From the NCBI GenBank assembly GCA_040954595.2, contig CM082581.2:9031878-9095877 (forward strand): a stretch of DNA of 64,000 nt. The letters are read 5' to 3'. A program made the translations under genes and the position numbers. How positions within the stretch are numbered: position 1 is the stretch's first letter; the number at the start of each line of letters is the position of its first letter. The DNA is from Balanoglossus misakiensis (lineage: Eukaryota; Animalia; Hemichordata). Shown here in pieces: positions 61,601-64,000 of this stretch. The notes under the pieces are model-generated. The model worked only from the letters and a program-made list of their open reading frames with translations, made no database searches and had not been told where the DNA came from.

Positions 61601-64000
61601 AAGGTCGCGGCCGTCCTGCAGTACGGCATGTGACGTCATATCATGGCCGAGGAGGGTCTTCCCGTCGTCTGCACAACAACAACAGCATCAAAAGCAACAG
61701 CAGCAAGAACAGTCACATCTCCCGCCCGAAAGCATATTCATCACTTCTACCGTGTCGGAAGACTATCGAGTGTTGAAAACCAAATCGATGGCGTATTACC
61801 ATTCGTCACAGAGTGAAACACACGTTATAGAATTTCAGGGGATTCCAGAAAGTCATGCCGTGACTACGCAGGCGCAAGCCCAGGCGAGCGTCGCCAGCAC
61901 GACCAGAGAGAAAGTGAAACGTATACTAAACAGTGACTTCCAACTTCCTTATCACTTCGTCTACGTCGGTTGGTTTTTGGTGTTTTCTTCGACGTTCCTT
62001 TCGGCTTTCTTCACCATTTTGTACAGTATGCAATGGGGGCATGAGAAGTCGGTTGCTTTCTTGAAGTCGGTGACAGTGTCTTTTCTGGAGAATGTGTTTG
62101 TCTTTCAACCGCTGAAGGTAAGAAGGCATTTTATCCATTTTTTATATTAAGGGTCAACAGTGCTGAATTAAAAGATTGAAATTAACTATGCGAAATCCGT
62201 CAAATAGACAGAATTGAAGGTTCTCATTTCCCCCACTGCCATGCGCAAATCTCGCGACTGATGCCACTTTTCGTCTTTCCTTCTTACAAGGTCATCGTCC
62301 TGGCGATATTGCTCTCGCTTGCCGCTCTTACAAAAGAGCAGAATTCCACCGAAAACAGAGACACCGACGACGTAAAAGCTCTCCCCGCGACGGGACCACC
62401 GCTGGAAATAAACGACGAAACGTGGAGCAACCAACGGGAACAGCACAACAAGAAGAAAATCCTGGGTGGCATCGTGAAAGAAATACTTCTGTATTTTGTG
62501 TTCATGGCATGCCTGCTTATCATTGCTTACAACGACAGGGATATCAACGCCTACAACATGAGGACCTCACTGCACAACCTATATTTTAACAATGCCCATT
62601 TCCAAACGGTGAGTGTTGATCAGTTCTGAATACATGTACTCTGTAGAATTCTTTTCCAGGAAAGGGTCCATATTCTCTATCAAAGCCCAATACAGTGACA
62701 TACGTGTCTATAACTGTGGCACACAATAACACATTCGGAAACCTTTTGTTTGAAACAGATTACCTCAGGAAGCGCAGCATTGTGGGAGTGGATTTTTGGT
62801 ATAATGCTACCGTCTTTGTATCCGACACATTTGTACAATGGACAACCGATACCGAGCGAGCTGTCGACCATCACAGCTGATTGGACATCGTACAGGGTAT
62901 CATCCCCACGACTACTACAGTACAGAGTGCGACCGGGTAAGTCCTGTAGGTTGAGTTCACCAGCGAGACAGAGAGAGAGAGAGACCAGCAGACAGACAAA
63001 CAAACATACAGACACATAGACAGACAGAGACCGAGGGAAGAGCGACAGGCATGTCCGAACTCCAATTGTCGGGCAAAAATTGCGTACGTTGTCAAGTGTA
63101 CAATGTCTTTCCTCCCACAGGTCTTTGCACACCACCGCCTGCTTTCAGCGCTATCCTGGACCAGTGTAATGTTGAATACTCGCCAAGCTCTGCTGACCGG
63201 GCCGATTATGACGTTGGATGGTCGGAGTTGGTTCTAGCTAATACAACTGGTCACGAGACTCCGCCATCACCATGGATACTATCAAGCGATATCCCAGCTA
63301 TAGGATACAGAACGTCGTTTTCAAGTTATCGCGATGGTTCCTATGCCGTGCATCTGGGTCAGTGTCAAGTTCACCCTCGTTCAAAAGCATGTACATTCAC
63401 ATACCTCAATATTTCAACGATAGATAGATGGATATTTGCTAGGTTGCTTAGTTTGACACCAATGTTCCCACAACTCCAACAGGTGAAAATTATGGGATAG
63501 CTGAGAACACCACGAGATCTCTATGGCAACACCTATGGCTTGATCGACTCTCCAGAGCGGTTATCATCGATTGGCTCGTATATAGTGCAAATCTCAATCT
63601 ATTCGGGTAGGTACACGTGCTTTTGGTTTGTACTGTTACAGTAGTATGTGTAATTTTTACATACATCATTCAGCATTTTGCCTGAACATTCACGCATTAC
63701 ATGCAAAGAGTTCACTTCAGTACTTTTCCCCCAGGCTTATCATTCTACCCGTGGAGTTACCGACATCGGGCGGAGTGTGGGTTCATCCAAGGATCGAAAT
63801 ATTCCGCCTTGACGATTACATAGGAAGCTACTGGATATTCCTGGCGACAGTGCAACTTGTGTTCGTCTGTTTCCTGGTTTATTACATTATTGTAGAGGGG
63901 AGAAAGATATACCGCGAACGACGGGAACATTTCAGTTCATTTTGGAATTGGCTGGAGGCAAGTAATTATGGTTCTACATGTCATGTCAACATTGTATGTT
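52594..64000 (+). CDS. Polycystin-1-like (PKD1L2/PKD1L3-type) GPS-containing 11-TM receptor/channel subunit, 3'-truncated by the window
   Basis: Hand-built exon chain 52594-52663, 53453-53605, 53740-53872, (54169-54245 or 54296-54372), 54562-55182, 55320-56042, 56222-56410, 56660-56889, 57071-57254, 57568-57683, 57940-58030, 58177-58523, 58656-58764, 58965-59092, 59227-59449, 59713-59798, 59931-60164, 60389-60559, 60741-60901, 61047-61348, 61495-62117, 62291-62608, 62759-62936, 63121-63357, 63483-63606, 63735-63957 is phase-consistent throughout (6051 nt). Family motifs: GPS CKYW...W...GC...CLCNHMTSFG, PLAT (YEVTISTG...GAGTTSNV...LRVWHDNSG...SWFL...FPCFKWL), DHLWVSVF...FTRVQRVSCC, WLDRLSRAV...YSANLNLF. 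Confidence 0.95.
53453..53605 (+). CDS. PKD1-like exon: C-type lectin 1, N-part
   Basis: YRYEISSEKKTWNDAAADCSSRGGMLAKI; TTTTGTCAG| acceptor, G|GTAC donor. Confidence 0.88.
53740..53872 (+). CDS. PKD1-like exon: C-type lectin 1, middle (EPN motif)
   Basis: ERVWFGLADE...YTNWDAGEPNGYYENCVHIR; phase 1 to phase 2, donor CG|GTAAGG. Confidence 0.9.
54169..54245 (+). CDS. PKD1-like mutually exclusive exon A (CTL1 WND segment)
   Basis: DGHTWNDNDCSDEFWYICQFDEIPV; TTTTGCAG| acceptor and G|GTAAGT donor; 77 nt. Confidence 0.82.
54296..54372 (+). CDS. PKD1-like mutually exclusive exon B (CTL1 WND segment)
   Basis: NDYTWNDLPCSYANWYICQFDEIPV; same acceptor and donor sequences; 77 nt. Confidence 0.82.
54562..55182 (+). 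CDS. PKD1-like exon: LamG/concanavalin-A-like domain 1
   Basis: PASLWPLNDEYG...SFSMTILVEVYP...NEWNSIGMSYDNFTGELKLWHNG...LHLG...FGGYVTCLQIYDQDLS, a LamG_3-like pattern. Confidence 0.85.
55320..56042 (+). CDS. PKD1-like exon: LamG/concanavalin-A-like domain 2
   Basis: PVDHWDL...CVSDVSLCTLGISASLWM...SSGG...WFHAAFTF...KIYING...LVLG...GSFSDFMIY. Confidence 0.85.
56222..56410 (+). CDS. PKD1-like exon: hevein-type (chitin-binding type 1) domain
   Basis: WLDGGRCG...CNP...CCSSYMWCGSSSAHCNCNACTDY; 8 Cys with the CCS-x-aromatic-x-WCG signature; phase 1-1. Confidence 0.85.
56660..57254 (+). CDS. PKD1-like exons: C-type lectin 2 (56660-56889, 57071-57254)
   Basis: CDPGW...SCYYF...KTWADAKDQC...WIGL / FRW...YTSWADGRP...DCV...WYNQNC...YACE. 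Confidence 0.9.
57568..59449 (+). CDS. PKD1-like exons: stalk and GAIN domain (57568-57683, 57940-58030, 58177-58523, 58656-58764, 58965-59092, 59227-59449)
   Basis: Phase-consistent GT-AG exons; a helical region, then the polycystin GAIN-like pattern SEVITMYF...LKISGLSRYITLKL...VYMAYNRTP...YDF. Confidence 0.78.
59713..60164 (+). CDS. PKD1-like exons: GPS motif and TM1 (59713-59798, 59931-60164)
   Basis: CKYWDHGSARWERHGC/VSPES...CLCNHM^TSFG...VPPNPIDF...VFLTIIGIFVFYLVFVIWARWLD. Confidence 0.93.
60389..61348 (+). CDS. PKD1-like exons: PLAT/LH2 domain and TM2 (60389-60559, 60741-60901, 61047-61348)
   Basis: YEVTISTG...GAGTTSNVYLKLYG; FQRG...LRVWHDNSG...SWFL; FPCFKWLAVE...DHLWVSVF...FTRVQRVSCC. 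Confidence 0.93.
61495..62608 (+). CDS. PKD1-like exons: TM3 to TM6 region (61495-62117, 62291-62608)
   Basis: GPFTFTWHEIFVG...IFRK; LPYHFVYVGW...YSMQWG...FQPLK/VIVLA; EILLYFVFMACLLIIAY. Confidence 0.9.
62759..63957 (+). CDS. PKD1-like exons: TOP (polycystin) domain and start of channel domain (62759-62936, 63121-63357, 63483-63606, 63735-63957)
   Basis: LWEWI...PRLLQYRV...C; YRDGSYAVHLG; WLDRLSRAVIIDWLVYSANLNLF; VELPTSGG...FSSFWNWLE. Confidence 0.9.
62964..63030. repeat. Intronic (GA)/(CAGA) microsatellite
   Basis: gagacagagagagagagagaccagcagacagacaaacaaacatacagacacatagacagacagaga. Confidence 0.8.

Noticed and set aside
1-64000. tRNA, rRNA or intact transposable elements
   Set aside because: No cloverleaf with A/B boxes, rRNA signature, transposase or reverse-transcriptase motif was recognised by eye. 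tRNAscan-SE, Infernal and RepeatModeler would be needed to exclude them.

Overview
Eukaryotic, intron-containing, non-CpG-depleted DNA, probably from an invertebrate deuterostome (hemichordate, echinoderm or amphioxus-like; inference only). Two genes can be reconstructed by hand with phase-consistent splice sites. (1) A complete 3-exon Tlx (Hox11/NK-class) homeobox gene on the minus strand (26323..24576, 285 aa). It sits in about 50 kb with no other recognisable coding sequence but many transcription-factor-like motifs. (2) A divergently oriented polycystin-1-like (PKD1L2/PKD1L3-type) gene on the plus strand from 52594 to beyond the window end (26 exons per isoform, about 2017 codons visible). 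Its ectodomain is signal peptide, C-type lectin (EPN), two LamG/ConA-like domains, a hevein-type chitin-binding domain, a second C-type lectin and GAIN/GPS. It then continues with TM1, PLAT, further TMs, TOP and the start of the channel domain. The most striking feature is a tandemly duplicated pair of 77-nt exons only 50 nt apart. They must be mutually exclusive and swap the WND ligand-binding segment of the first lectin domain. Also noted: a probable GC-AG donor, phase-1 modular exons, and several nuclear-receptor DR1 elements around Tlx. Most short ORFs in the supplied track are judged spurious.
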